From Schmidtea polychroa (lineage: Eukaryota), in the NCBI GenBank assembly GCA_044892525.1, contig CM097885.1, positions 10,728,001 to 10,792,000 on the forward strand: a stretch of DNA of 64,000 nt, in the 5' to 3' direction. This document shows positions 24,544-34,721 of this stretch, piece by piece. Numbering within the stretch: the first letter of the stretch is position 1; every line of letters starts with the position of its first letter. The position numbers were made by a program, and so were the translations under genes. Below the pieces are notes generated by a model. That model had not been told where the DNA came from, searched no databases, and was given only the letters and a program-made list of their open reading frames with translations.

Positions 24544-27500
24544 TTAATAATAGTCGTCATCATCATCATCAGTTAATATTATATCGTCTATATCAACATC
24601 TTTATCGATACTATCATCGAAATCTGGGCTGAAACCTCCACAAAGCGGTCCAACTTCCTCTAATATTTGATCACTTTCATCGAAATCTGGACTGAAACCT
24701 ACAGAGAGCGGTCCAACTTCATCCAATACTTGATCATTATCTACAGCATCAACCCCAAAATAATGCCCAAATGCGATACTATTATTTTTCCCCACCCATA
24801 ATCGCTTGTCATCGTTATTTGTCAATGCGATTTTACTATTTTTGTTTGTATATAGCTGGTGGTTCCGCGTCCCTATCCTAGTTTGCTGCACTGCAAATTC
24901 TACGTTGTTATTGTAGCAGTCTAAATATGACAGGTGCCCAATCTCTGTCCCCATTAATTTCACCCCTTTAGCCCTCATAGTATCTTTGACACCTAATAAA
25001 CTATAGCACTTAGGTCTTAAGAAAACCCATTCCTTATACCCGAGACCTTTGCTTTCATCTTTTAATTTTCCTATCACAGAATCAAGGTTTCTCGAGTATA
25101 AGGGGTGTGCGGGATCATAATTAGAGGTATCTAGAAGATTATCTCTTATCATTGCCGGCAAAAGAGTGTCTAGCTTACAGTACTTAACCTCAAGAAAAAA
25201 CGAATCAGTATCGCCGGCAACGATATTTATATCACATAAGAATTCGGATCTATATTTTGCCAATTCATTATATTGTAGTTGATACATGCGTAGTTTAGAC
25301 AGGTCTAGCACTGATTGGCCTATGTAGCTAGGCCTGTCTAAACATATAATATCTTTATTAAGATGAACCGCAATCAGATCATCCGCTATTTTAATTGATT
25401 TTTTGAAAGTTGGTTTGGAGGCGTATACAATCATCTTTGCTGATGAATTGCATAGCCTCAAATTCATACGTTTTTTCAAATTCTCTACTGATTTACCATA
25501 GAGACTATTATTGAATAATTTATATAGATCTCTATACAGTTCACATGTTGATTTTGAACGTAAATTAGTATTTCGATCTATATATGTTTTGAAAATTGTT
25601 GATTGTTTAAATTTAATTGCTCTATGTACATGCTCAACTTCCCCACCTAATTCTATATACAGCTTGAGAAGCCGCCAATGAAGAACATGGTTCTTCTTAG
25701 GCCAATGCGTGAGCATAAGCTTCTCAACCTTTGAATTAGGTGGACACATTTTTTCCGGAGCAAGCGGAAAATCATTTAAATATTCATGCACACGATTAGG
25801 GATATTGATGTCTACTTCCATAGTATAACCATATGGAAGGTTTTCAATATCTGCATTCACGCATTCACTCAACACATCATTCAGATTTTCATACACCCAA
25901 ACAAAGTCACCATACGGAAGATTTTGGCTAAGAGCCCAACCATATAAATTATTTATATCTATATACAAAAGTTCTGTATCTTCAGAACTTGCTACATAAT
26001 GTTTGTTAACAAATGTTAACCCGCCCCGTATTCCACCTTCGTAGAAATTATACATTTCCATATCTTGTAGAACTTCTATAGGTTCCTGTAATGTCATGAG
26101 TACTGACGCCCATGACATACCTGGAATTCCATTGAAGTTTAGAGGTTCAAGGCCGTTATAAGCAATTGCTTTGGCACGGAATTTCTGAAAATAATCTGCC
26201 AAGAGGAATACGTCCAATTTAAGGTACGTTAACATATAGTCTAACATTGTTTCGCAATTTTGCTGAACCCAGATTTCTTGGGCGATAGCATATTCTTCAT
26301 TAGATACAGAACTCCAAATCGGTGGTAATTCATGAGTAGATTCAAGAATTTCGAGTGATGTTGCAAAGTCGTAAGGAAATATGCCCTTTGCTCTCACAAT
26401 ACTACCATCAAAAACAGAAGAAGTTAAAGGTAAATCTGAAAGAGTTTTAACTGCCTTTGCTAACGATGAGTTAACAAATTGCATACTGTCGATAAAACGA
26501 ACAGTCAATTTGTTAATATTTACAATCAAGGATATAAATTTTTCAGTGGTGGTTGGAATGATATTTAATTTCCAAGATGGAAAATCATTCAAACCATACT
26601 TTAAAATGTGATGTAAGTCATAATCCTTCAAATTATGAAAGACAATGGGTAACTGTTTGTTTATTCTCCTAGAAATATTGCAATTTCTACAGGCAGCACC
26701 AAGATACTTACCTGTGAAATGATCATGGTCCTTAATCTTATCTTTTATAAAATGTTTACAGAGATAACAAGTCCTACAGTTGTTGAACTCCCGTTCCTCA
26801 TTGGAAGACAGAGTATTAATGAATTTTCTACCATGAATTTCATAATACGGAAGGACAATTGTGACAGCAATTTCCTCCACCTTCTTTAAAAATTCAAAGA
26901 CACATTCCAAGCCTATAAAATTAAAATATGATGTTGTGTTAGTGTAATTGTTAATTAATAATAGACCTGCTGTTATTGGCTTGTGTATTTGGTGATGATT
27001 TATATCCCCAGGTAAAATAGCCTCAAAGTCCGCGTATATTACGAACGGTGGGGTAATCATCTTTGAATAATCTTTAAACGTTAAATTTTTATTTTTAGGG
27101 AGCGTGTAAAGGGTGGTTCCTATTTGATTTTTAGCGCACAATGCAACATGTACATTAAAAGTTTTGACCCGATAAAAACCATTTAAACAATGAGGGCACC
27201 ATCTAACTCTAATTCTAGTATTATATTCGATGGTTGAATGACCATTCATTAATCGGTTTAAATTAAAAATTGCGGTGTAATGATAATTATCACCGTCTTG
27301 TAGGAGTAAAAGATTAATAGGATTCCCTTCGGTAACCTTAGATCTATGAATTATATTTAGGTGTGGATGATGAGGTACATAATCTATATCATTATTTATT
27401 TTATTCCCTGTTATTGTGGGTTTATATTCAAAAACATTGATTGCCAATTTTAAATCTATGTTATTTCTTTCAAATTTCGGGATGTTGCATAACCTCATTG

Positions 27501-28158
27501 GGCAATCAGTAATGGGATCATAATTTAGTTCATCTAAGTAATTAGTATAATTGGAAACACGCTCCCTATGATTTAAAATTATATCACGCTTTAATAGTGA
27601 TAAAACACTATATATAAAACAAGCATTATCATTGTTTCTTACATTTACAATTGCTTTCTTTTTATATATTGCCGCTGGTGTAGGTATAAAACTATGGCCA
27701 GCTAATCGACTTATAGGGTAAAATGTGGTCAAAATAAAATCAAGTTCCTTAATCTTTACAACCCTCCATCCGCTACCTAAATAAGTAAATTTTTCAATTT
27801 TCTCATTTAATCGACTCACACCATCGATAAAAAAATTGTCGGAAAAAACACTCGCACTATTTGAAAAGAAATTATCTTTAATTTCTCCATCTTTTTCAAA
27901 TTGAATAAGAACTGTAAACTGGACTTTTACAGATCCCATCTTTTCAATTTCCACATTAATTTTATTTATAATTTTATCCGTAAGGGAGATTTGAATTAAG
28001 TTTTTATGTTCTAAATCAAATCGAATATTTTTACGGGAACCCTTTAAATCTATCTCTATTTCAGGTTCATCATTTATATCTATTTGAATATTTTCTATAT
28101 TGTTTATCGAACCCCCTATTTGGGTATTTAATAATTCAGATTCATCATCACTTATCAC
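24544..28158 (-). CDS. polB: Protein-primed family B DNA polymerase (pPolB) of element B
   Basis: 1204-aa uninterrupted ORF with GSGW, ExoI ADFEA, CYLC..DHDHFTGKYLGAACRNCN, ExoII HNLKDYD, KGIFPY, ExoIII YLKLDV, PolA DINNLYG, PolB KLFNNSLYGK, PolC GDTDS, PKCY and AKGV. The track start is a GTG; the frame stays open upstream through an Asn-rich tract to a TAG at 28453-28455, with an in-frame ATG at 28512, so the true start is uncertain. Confidence 0.97.
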   Translation of the reverse strand: MISDDESELLNTQIGGSINNIENIQIDINDEPEIEIDLKGSRKNIRFDLEHKNLIQISLTDKIINKINVEIEKMGSVKVQFTVLIQFEKDGEIKDNFFSNSASVFSDNFFIDGVSRLNEKIEKFTYLGSGWRVVKIKELDFILTTFYPISRLAGHSFIPTPAAIYKKKAIVNVRNNDNACFIYSVLSLLKRDIILNHRERVSNYTNYLDELNYDPITDCPMRLCNIPKFERNNIDLKLAINVFEYKPTITGNKINNDIDYVPHHPHLNIIHRSKVTEGNPINLLLLQDGDNYHYTAIFNLNRLMNGHSTIEYNTRIRVRWCPHCLNGFYRVKTFNVHVALCAKNQIGTTLYTLPKNKNLTFKDYSKMITPPFVIYADFEAILPGDINHHQIHKPITAGLLLINNYTNTTSYFNFIGLECVFEFLKKVEEIAVTIVLPYYEIHGRKFINTLSSNEEREFNNCRTCYLCKHFIKDKIKDHDHFTGKYLGAACRNCNISRRINKQLPIVFHNLKDYDLHHILKYGLNDFPSWKLNIIPTTTEKFISLIVNINKLTVRFIDSMQFVNSSLAKAVKTLSDLPLTSSVFDGSIVRAKGIFPYDFATSLEILESTHELPPIWSSVSNEEYAIAQEIWVQQNCETMLDYMLTYLKLDVFLLADYFQKFRAKAIAYNGLEPLNFNGIPGMSWASVLMTLQEPIEVLQDMEMYNFYEGGIRGGLTFVNKHYVASSEDTELLYIDINNLYGWALSQNLPYGDFVWVYENLNDVLSECVNADIENLPYGYTMEVDINIPNRVHEYLNDFPLAPEKMCPPNSKVEKLMLTHWPKKNHVLHWRLLKLYIELGGEVEHVHRAIKFKQSTIFKTYIDRNTNLRSKSTCELYRDLYKLFNNSLYGKSVENLKKRMNLRLCNSSAKMIVYASKPTFKKSIKIADDLIAVHLNKDIICLDRPSYIGQSVLDLSKLRMYQLQYNELAKYRSEFLCDINIVAGDTDSFFLEVKYCKLDTLLPAMIRDNLLDTSNYDPAHPLYSRNLDSVIGKLKDESKGLGYKEWVFLRPKCYSLLGVKDTMRAKGVKLMGTEIGHLSYLDCYNNNVEFAVQQTRIGTRNHQLYTNKNSKIALTNNDDKRLWVGKNNSIAFGHYFGVDAVDNDQVLDEVGPLSVGFSPDFDESDQILEEVGPLCGGFSPDFDDSIDKDVDIDDIILTDDDDDDYY

Positions 28159-28541
28159 GGTGGTTGATAATTTTATAATTTTAGTAGGGATACACGGAAC
28201 AGTATTTACAGCAGGTCTTTTAGATTTTTTATTATTTCGATTATTTGTATTATTATTTGTATTATTATTATTATTATTTGTATTATTATTTGTATTATCT
28301 ATATTTCTATTATTTGTATTATTAATATTTCCATTATTTGTAATATTATTATTTGTACTATTTCCATTATTTGGATTATCATTATTTGTATTATTTCGGT
28401 TATTTGGATTATTATTTATATTATTTGTATTATTTTGTAAACTAATTGTAAACTAAAATGAATCATATGAATTATTATTAATATTATTAATATCATAGGT
28501 TGGTAGTCGCATGCTGAATGCTAACTATGTGAAAGATATAA

Positions 28542-28629
<88 letters not shown>

Positions 28630-28807
28630 TATGACAGATTTGTTACATGTATTAATTTGTTAAAATATTATTATCAATTTATGATTTATAAAGATTTAAT
28701 TACTTATCAAATAAAGTTTTTGAATAATTAATCATTTAAATTAATACATTTAACGAAGTGTTTTATTAAAAATTTGTTAAATATTATAAAAAATAAATTA
28801 AAAAATG

Positions 28808-29441
28808 CTAACATTTCCATTCCATATCGGAATCAGAATCATCATCTAATTCATCCCGCATAGGGGCATCCCCAATATCAGTGGGGGCATCAGAATCATC
28901 AACTGCATTTGCAATAAATGTGGAGGCATCAGATTCATTGACGACATTTCCAATATCAGTGGGGGCATCAGAATCATCAACTGCATTTTCAATAAATGTG
29001 GATGCATCAGATTCATTGACGACATTTCCAATATCAGTGGGGGCATCATCGACGATATTATTAATTACTCCTTCATTTGTAACTACATTTGTTTCATTAT
29101 CTGAAGTTCCTTTTTAAATATATTTAATAAATAATATAAAACTTACCACTGTCATCAATAATAATGATTTCTTCATCATCGGTTATAATAATAAGTTCAT
29201 TATCTTCCATAAGATTAATTTCATCTAAATTTTAATAATTTAATAAATAAATAAATAATTTAATTTACCATCATCATCGTCACTAATAATAATTGGGGCA
29301 TCGTCCATATTATTTTCTGTTTCGGTAACTTCGTACCATAAATTAGCTAAATGTGAATAAAATAATAATAAATAAAAGAAAAAAAAATTTACCGTTTTCT
29401 CCAGGCAACATTGCTCTTAAAATATTATTTTGATTATTCAT
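28808..29441 (-). CDS. Four-exon acidic protein with SIM-like motifs and 26-aa repeats (inside element B)
   Basis: Exons 29441-29393, 29346-29269, 29224-29147 and 29100-28808, separated by 46, 44 and 46-nt phase-1 GT-AG introns. The spliced frame is open: MNNQNNILRAMLPGENANLWYEVTETENNMDDAPIIISDDDDDEINLMEDNELIIITDDEEIIIIDDSD...(DAPTDIGNVVNESDASTFIxNAVDDS)x2...DDDSDSDMEWKC*. Confidence 0.7.
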
Positions 29442-29523
29442 TTTGAAATTGTTGATAATTGTTTTGTTTGCAAATTTGTAAATAAATATTTTTTAAAAGT
29501 GACAAATTTGGAATTTGTGAATG

Positions 29524-29615
29524 TTTATAAAGAAAATGAAAATTTCCTGTCCCAGCCAATCAGAATTTAGACACACACATATATAAACTAAATATTTTAC
29601 TCTCTTGACCAATCA
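29524..29615 (-). promoter_or_regulatory. Putative Pol II promoter (TATA plus two CCAAT boxes) for the spliced acidic gene
   Basis: TTTATAAA at 29524-29531, agccaatcag at ~29554 and gaccaatcac at ~29607, 80-170 bp upstream of ATG 29441. Confidence 0.45.
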
Positions 29616-29857
29616 CATTGCGTCTACACATGCCTTCTTAATTTTCATGTGACTGTCTTTATTAGTCACGACTTTGTTAAGATGCACTGTGCATGCTCCA
29701 GGCATGTGATGTCTTTATGACAAAAATAATAATAATATTTTTTCAAAATAATAATAAATTTAAATAAAAATACTAATTTTTAATCAAATAATAATATTAA
29801 TAATATTATTATTAATAATAATAACAATAATAATAATAACAATATTAATAATAATAT

Positions 29858-29935
<78 letters not shown>

Positions 29936-29966
29936 GAAGAACAACAAAGGATACAATATACATTTA

Positions 29967-30314
29967 TTAAACATCAAATTTTTTATACAACAACCAAGCT
30001 AAACAATGTTGACCACATGTTTGGGTCAATGGATTTTGAAACATAGTTTTAATATACATAATAGGTTTCCCCATTGTTTGCAGTTTTGATATCAATAAAG
30101 CCGGGTAATAAAAACCCATAGGATCGAATACGAAAATATTACTAGGTTTCACGTATATAGCTATCCAATGTTCTCCACCAAGATGAGACGATTGAGTATT
30201 GACGATTATGGCTTGATTATTTCTCAAATATGGAATTTTATCGAGAGGAAAAACTCCTACAAATTCATTTCCCAATATCTGTTTTCCAATTCGATTAACC
30301 TGAACAGAACTACT
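29967..30314 (-). CDS. Adenain-like cysteine protease (start codon not evident)
   Basis: FVGVFPLD...IIVNTQSSHLGGEHWIAI...FDPMG...FQNPLTQTCGQHCL contains the His, Asp, Gln and Cys catalytic set of Polinton/adenovirus maturation proteases. Confidence 0.9.
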   Translation of the reverse strand, partial: SSSVQVNRIGKQILGNEFVGVFPLDKIPYLRNNQAIIVNTQSSHLGGEHWIAIYVKPSNIFVFDPMGFYYPALLISKLQTMGKPIMYIKTMFQNPLTQTCGQHCLAWLLYKKFDV

Positions 30315-30377
30315 TTAATAAATTAAATAGTATCAAAAAACTTACTCCATGACAACTTTCTATATTTCTGTACACAT

Positions 30378-31601
30378 TTATACCAACACTGTTCTATTTG
30401 CAGTAATTTGAACTTCATTTTCAAATACTCCATAGATTATTACATGGACTGGTTCAGTAATTGCTTTTGCAAACTTTATATCCAGTCGTAAATTTCAATT
30501 TTGGGGTAATTGACTCTGATTTAAATCAAAATCGGGGGCTAAAACAAATGTAAAAAAAGGGTATTTGGTTTTAAATTCTTCTAGAGTTATTCCACAATTC
30601 AAATTTTTATCTAAATAACCCAGATTTCTAACAATACTCTGCATATATGTCGCACAGTAATTGTCATTCTCGAAATCTTGAATATATGTTTCTCTATAAT
30701 CAGTATTTTTCGACAAAGTCAATGATGTAACACCAAAGTTTTTGAAAATTGAGCTGGACGCAGTATATGATCCATTATATTGTGTTTCACTTTGAAATGT
30801 TATCAGAATAAAATTAGGCATTCTTCTATCACCAAATATTTGTTCTTTATAGAATAATGAAGCACCTTTAGCAATAGCGAATTGTACAATTTCCTTTGTT
30901 TTTAAAGGATAAATTGCATGTTTTGAATTAAGACCTAATTGATGACCAGCTAATACTGACGGGTCTACTCGAACTCTTCTCACCAATAATTTTGCATCAA
31001 CTAATTGACATATTGGTGCACCAATTGCACTAGTAAGAGATAATGCAGAATCAGACCTTTTCAGTCTAATATGTACATTAACTCCCGGTAGTTAATATTT
31101 CGGTTGATCCATAAAATCGAGTTGTAATGATGAGCACATGGTGAAAACCTTTGAGCCTTTAACCCACTTTTTTCTTTCATCATCTGCTGCTGCATAACCC
31201 ATAGGAGTAAGACATGTATTTTTAGTATCGGAATTGTAATTTAAAATAGTTTCTATTAATGCCTTGTGAATGAATGTATTATTTCCACCCTCAATCTTGA
31301 TATTATTAAATCCCAACACTGCATCTTTAAACAAAGTATGAAACAGGAAATTGTTCGGTATTACATCTGCATTGGCATCCAAAACTTTTCTATCTTTATC
31401 TACAACCTTGATCTGAACAGTCAATAAAGTATCATTCAAATCTAAATATTCAGTTTGCGAACCATTAATATAAAACTCTATATCATTTCTACTATCGGTA
31501 ATTGAATTCATAGGAAAAACTTCCTCAAACGCCCCAAATTCAATTACCGCTTGAGGCGATGGTCTATCAAATATACATAATTCGGATTTACCACAAATCA
31601 T
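30378..31601 (-). pseudogene. Major capsid protein (double jelly roll) of element B, disrupted
   Basis: KSELCIFDRPSPQAVIE...IEFYINGSQTEYLDLNDTLL..., VRRVRVDPSV...AIYP, C-terminal LRLDIKFAKAITEPVHVIIYGVFENEVQIT. Premature stop at 31092 and frameshift near 30495. Confidence 0.9.
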
Positions 31602-31966
31602 TTTGCAAATATAGTTCCATGTCCTTTCATTCGTTTGTTTATACGTGATATTCCATGTCTTTTACGTTTTGGAACAGGAGATGGAGCTGGAGATTTTTCT
31701 TTTTGAAACATACCTGCAACCCCGGGTAAAACTTTACCTAATTCAGCTAAAGCATTTGTTTTTAGAGATGGTAAATTTTTCTGTTCATTCATAATAACAT
31801 CTTTTGCAGTTTTCATACCAAAACTACCAATACGTTTAAGAATAGGCAATGCAAATCTACCAATTGTTCTCAACCATCCCGATCCGTATTGTTTACCAAT
31901 AAAATATGGTAATTCACCGCCAGATTGGCTACCACTATACATACTAATAATATCAGAATTTGCCAT
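31598..31966 (-). CDS. Small basic virion core-like precursor protein
   Basis: SQSGGELPYFIGKQYGSGWLRTIGRFALPILKRIG, with basic tail PKRKRHG..KRMKG. It lies between the minor and major capsid genes, as in other Polintons, and overlaps the MCP start (ATGA). Confidence 0.75.
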   Translation of the reverse strand: MANSDIISMYSGSQSGGELPYFIGKQYGSGWLRTIGRFALPILKRIGSFGMKTAKDVIMNEQKNLPSLKTNALAELGKVLPGVAGMFQKEKSPAPSPVPKRKRHGISRINKRMKGHGTIFAK

Positions 31967-32975
31967 CTACTTTACGAAAATGTAATGTCAAATGAGTTTT
32001 TGAACCTTTTGGAAAGTTTATAAGTTTTCCACTATCATCACGAATATTTATTTATATATTGTTTATACATGAACTTGCTATTGGTAAATACATGGGATTA
32101 TCGATATTTATATTGACAACTTCTTCATGTTCATATTTTCCAATCCATACCGATTTCAAAAGAGGAACACTGGAATCACCAACAATTATGGGTTCGATAA
32201 TGTTAGTATATATGAACATTTGTTGATGATGTTCTAGTATTTTTGGTTTGCGTATACCAGTCGATTTTTCTCGATATTTTTGCTTATCTAATCCAAGTGA
32301 ATTTGCCAAATTTTTATCAAATGTAACTTCGCAAATATCCTCATTCAAACTGAAGGTAAACATCAAATCTTTCACAATTTCCAAATTTTTAAATATGTGT
32401 GAACAATTGAACTTTAAATATTTAAGTAATACATCAAGTTTATCAAAATATAATTCAACAGCAAAGGTAAATGATTCTTCAACTTCATCATTATACGACA
32501 CAGATATTTTGATTTCTTCTTTCACTATACTGTTTGCTTCAAATAGATTAAAACGTAATAAATACTCGGTATCCGTAATAATATTTTTCAACTTATTGCA
32601 ACCCATTCGTTTGGCATCTTCAATAGTTTCGAATGTTATTGTAAATGGTTTAAAATCACAACTGATATTTAATCCATCCTTGTAAAACATATAGCAATGC
32701 GAATCTAAAATTTGATTCGGAATATGATATGTTTTATCATAATTACTGATAACAAAGATACCGCTACATGTTTTCACAATATTCCTTTTGAAATCAATCT
32801 TACATTGACTATAAAATGGGAATGTATTGTACACGAATGTAAAATCTTGCAGTGCAACTTCCCAGTCCCCATTTAAAGAAATCAGATTCTGGAGATTGAC
32901 CATGAATTTACTGGCTTGATTGTCTGGATGAATTAATGGGCAACTATTGCTTGGCAAAATAGTATAAAAATTCAC
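31953..32975 (-). pseudogene. Minor capsid (penton-like) protein of element B with premature stop
   Basis: FYTILPSNS...PDNQASKF..L...L.GDWEVAL and FIYTNIIEP.IVGD..VPLL...NPMYLP...INNI*INIRDDSGKLINF...LTLHFRK. The stop at 32052-32054 interrupts the conserved C-terminus. Confidence 0.88.
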
Positions 32976-33617
32976 TTTACTAGATCTTTTGCTGATATCC
33001 ATGACGGGTTTTGATAACCATGCCATTTGACATAGTATTGTTTATCCTTGCCGACCTTTTTAGTTTTCAATATTTTTTGAATTCTAAATACTTTTGGGGG
33101 AGGAATGACTTGTAATTCCTGCTTATAAAATTTCCCTTGTACAATATTATTATCATTATCTTTGATGACATACATTACAGGATTCTGTTTAGTATTTATT
33201 TTTGAAATTACAAAGACTTCATCACTCCAATTTGTATCAAAATTTTTAATAAATGGTGATGCACTAATTTTACTAATTCTAACATGGTCACCAACTTTAT
33301 ATTTAGGTTTTGCAATTTTTACAGAATTTTTAGAAGTCAATGATGTTTTTGATGTAATATCAACCGGTCTCAATCCATTCAGTCCTCGATGTGATGAATG
33401 ATTATAACTTGTTATTATTTTCGGTAATACATTTACCCATTTTTTATTACCTTGATGCACGAAAAATTTCTTTAATCATTCAATTTTTCTTATCTCTCAA
33501 TGTTCGATTAAATCTTTCGACATGGGCAGCTTTGTATTGAGAATGTACCGAGTAGTGATTTATTTTCAGTTTATCGAGAATTTGTTTAACTTTGCTATTG
33601 TAGAATTCTTTACCTAA

Positions 33618-33698
<81 letters not shown>

Positions 33699-34110
33699 CA
33701 TAATAATAATAATAATAATAATACCTAAATCTGTTTGCACGTTATTAGGATGTCAATCTTTAAATAAAATATTAATTGCCTTGGACATTTCTTCTGCAGA
33801 TTTTGCCTTGACTGGTATTGCTCGTGCAAACCTGCTGTATACATTAATACATGTTAAAATATATTTATTCCCATTGTTAATTTTCGAATAAGGTATCATC
33901 TCCATCAAATCCATTTGCCATAAATCGTCAATACCAAATGTTTTATAGTCTCTTGTTGGAAATCTTTTCCGCATTGGTTTGTTCAAACTGTACGCAAGCT
34001 GATCTGATAACCACTTCTGGGTTTCTTTTTTCGAATTCGGAACTCTTTTGTTTAATTTTGCCACCACCGAAACCGGCTTCGTCTTCTGGGTTCGTCCAAA
34101 TCTTCTCCAT
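32972..34110 (-). pseudogene. int: Retroviral-type DDE integrase with C-terminal chromodomain (element B), disrupted
   Basis: MEKIWTNPEDEAGFGG..., WQMDLMEM, QTDLGKEFYN, KAAHVERFNRTL, KYKVGDHVRI, NWSDEVF and chromodomain FRIQKILK...YYVKWHGY..PSWI. Frameshifts near 34065, 33750 and 33480, plus an (AAT)n insertion at 33619-33721. Confidence 0.93.
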
Positions 34111-34168
34111 TACAACAAGAAGATTTAAAATTAAATTTAATGTCGGGCAATGAAGGATTAGCACCCAT
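33943..34168 (-). CDS. Putative ~75-aa N-myristoylated, di-Cys protein overprinted on the integrase 5' end
   Basis: MGANPSLPDIKFNFKSSCCNGEDLDEPRRRSRFRW, then (after the same 1-nt lesion that shifts the integrase) KIKQKSSEFEKRNPEVVIRSACVQFEQTNAEKISNKRL*. Homologous frame at 41115-41347. Confidence 0.6.
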
Positions 34169-34171
34169 TGT

Positions 34172-34462
34172 TTATGATTGATTTCCTACAACTCCACCTA
34201 ATAATGATAATGCCAGAGGTATCAATGCACCAATAAATCCACCTTGTTGTTTATATATAATTTTCCTCATTTGCTTACGATTTTTATTATTTACTAATGA
34301 TAAAAAAGGTTTCCTATGTTTACTCAATAAATGCTTTTTTGATTTACTGATTTTAATTTTGCCTTTGACTACTTTAAGTATAATATTGAGTAAATCATCG
34401 ACAACAAAATTTGGGAATGATTGCAATATATTCATTCTTTTAATACTCGGGGCCTTTAACAA
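34172..34462 (-). CDS. Small basic protein with C-terminal QxGG plus hydrophobic helix (Polinton virion protein)
   Basis: ...LLNIILKVVKGKIKISKSKKHLLSKHRK...KQQGGFIGALIPLALSLLGG. A homologous remnant lies at ~40860-41110. Start codon not evident. Confidence 0.7.
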   Translation of the reverse strand: MLKAPSIKRMNILQSFPNFVVDDLLNIILKVVKGKIKISKSKKHLLSKHRKPFLSLVNNKNRKQMRKIIYKQQGGFIGALIPLALSLLGGVVGNQS

Positions 34463-34496
34463 TGCATTAAAAAATGAAAACTGCGATGATTTTTAA

Positions 34497-34703
34497 TTAC
34501 TTTTTACCGGTTTTACGGGTTTTACGGGTTTGACGTTTAGGTTTAGGATTTTTCGAAATAAGATTCATTGCAGAGAAAATTTCAGTTACAAGTTTTTTAG
34601 ATGGTGTATAACTAGTTGTTGGTGGAACTTTTGGAACTTTAATACTCTTTCTAATACTTTTTCTTAATTTCCTAATATTTTTCACCCTTGCTTTTAGAAA
34701 CAT
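34497..34703 (-). CDS. 68-aa highly basic protein (DNA-condensing core-like)
   Basis: ATG start, very K/R-rich, tightly packed between the ATPase and the QxGG protein. Confidence 0.5.
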   Translation of the reverse strand: MFLKARVKNIRKLRKSIRKSIKVPKVPPTTSYTPSKKLVTEIFSAMNLISKNPKPKRQTRKTRKTGKK

Positions 34704-34721
34704 TATTATTCATAGAGGTTT

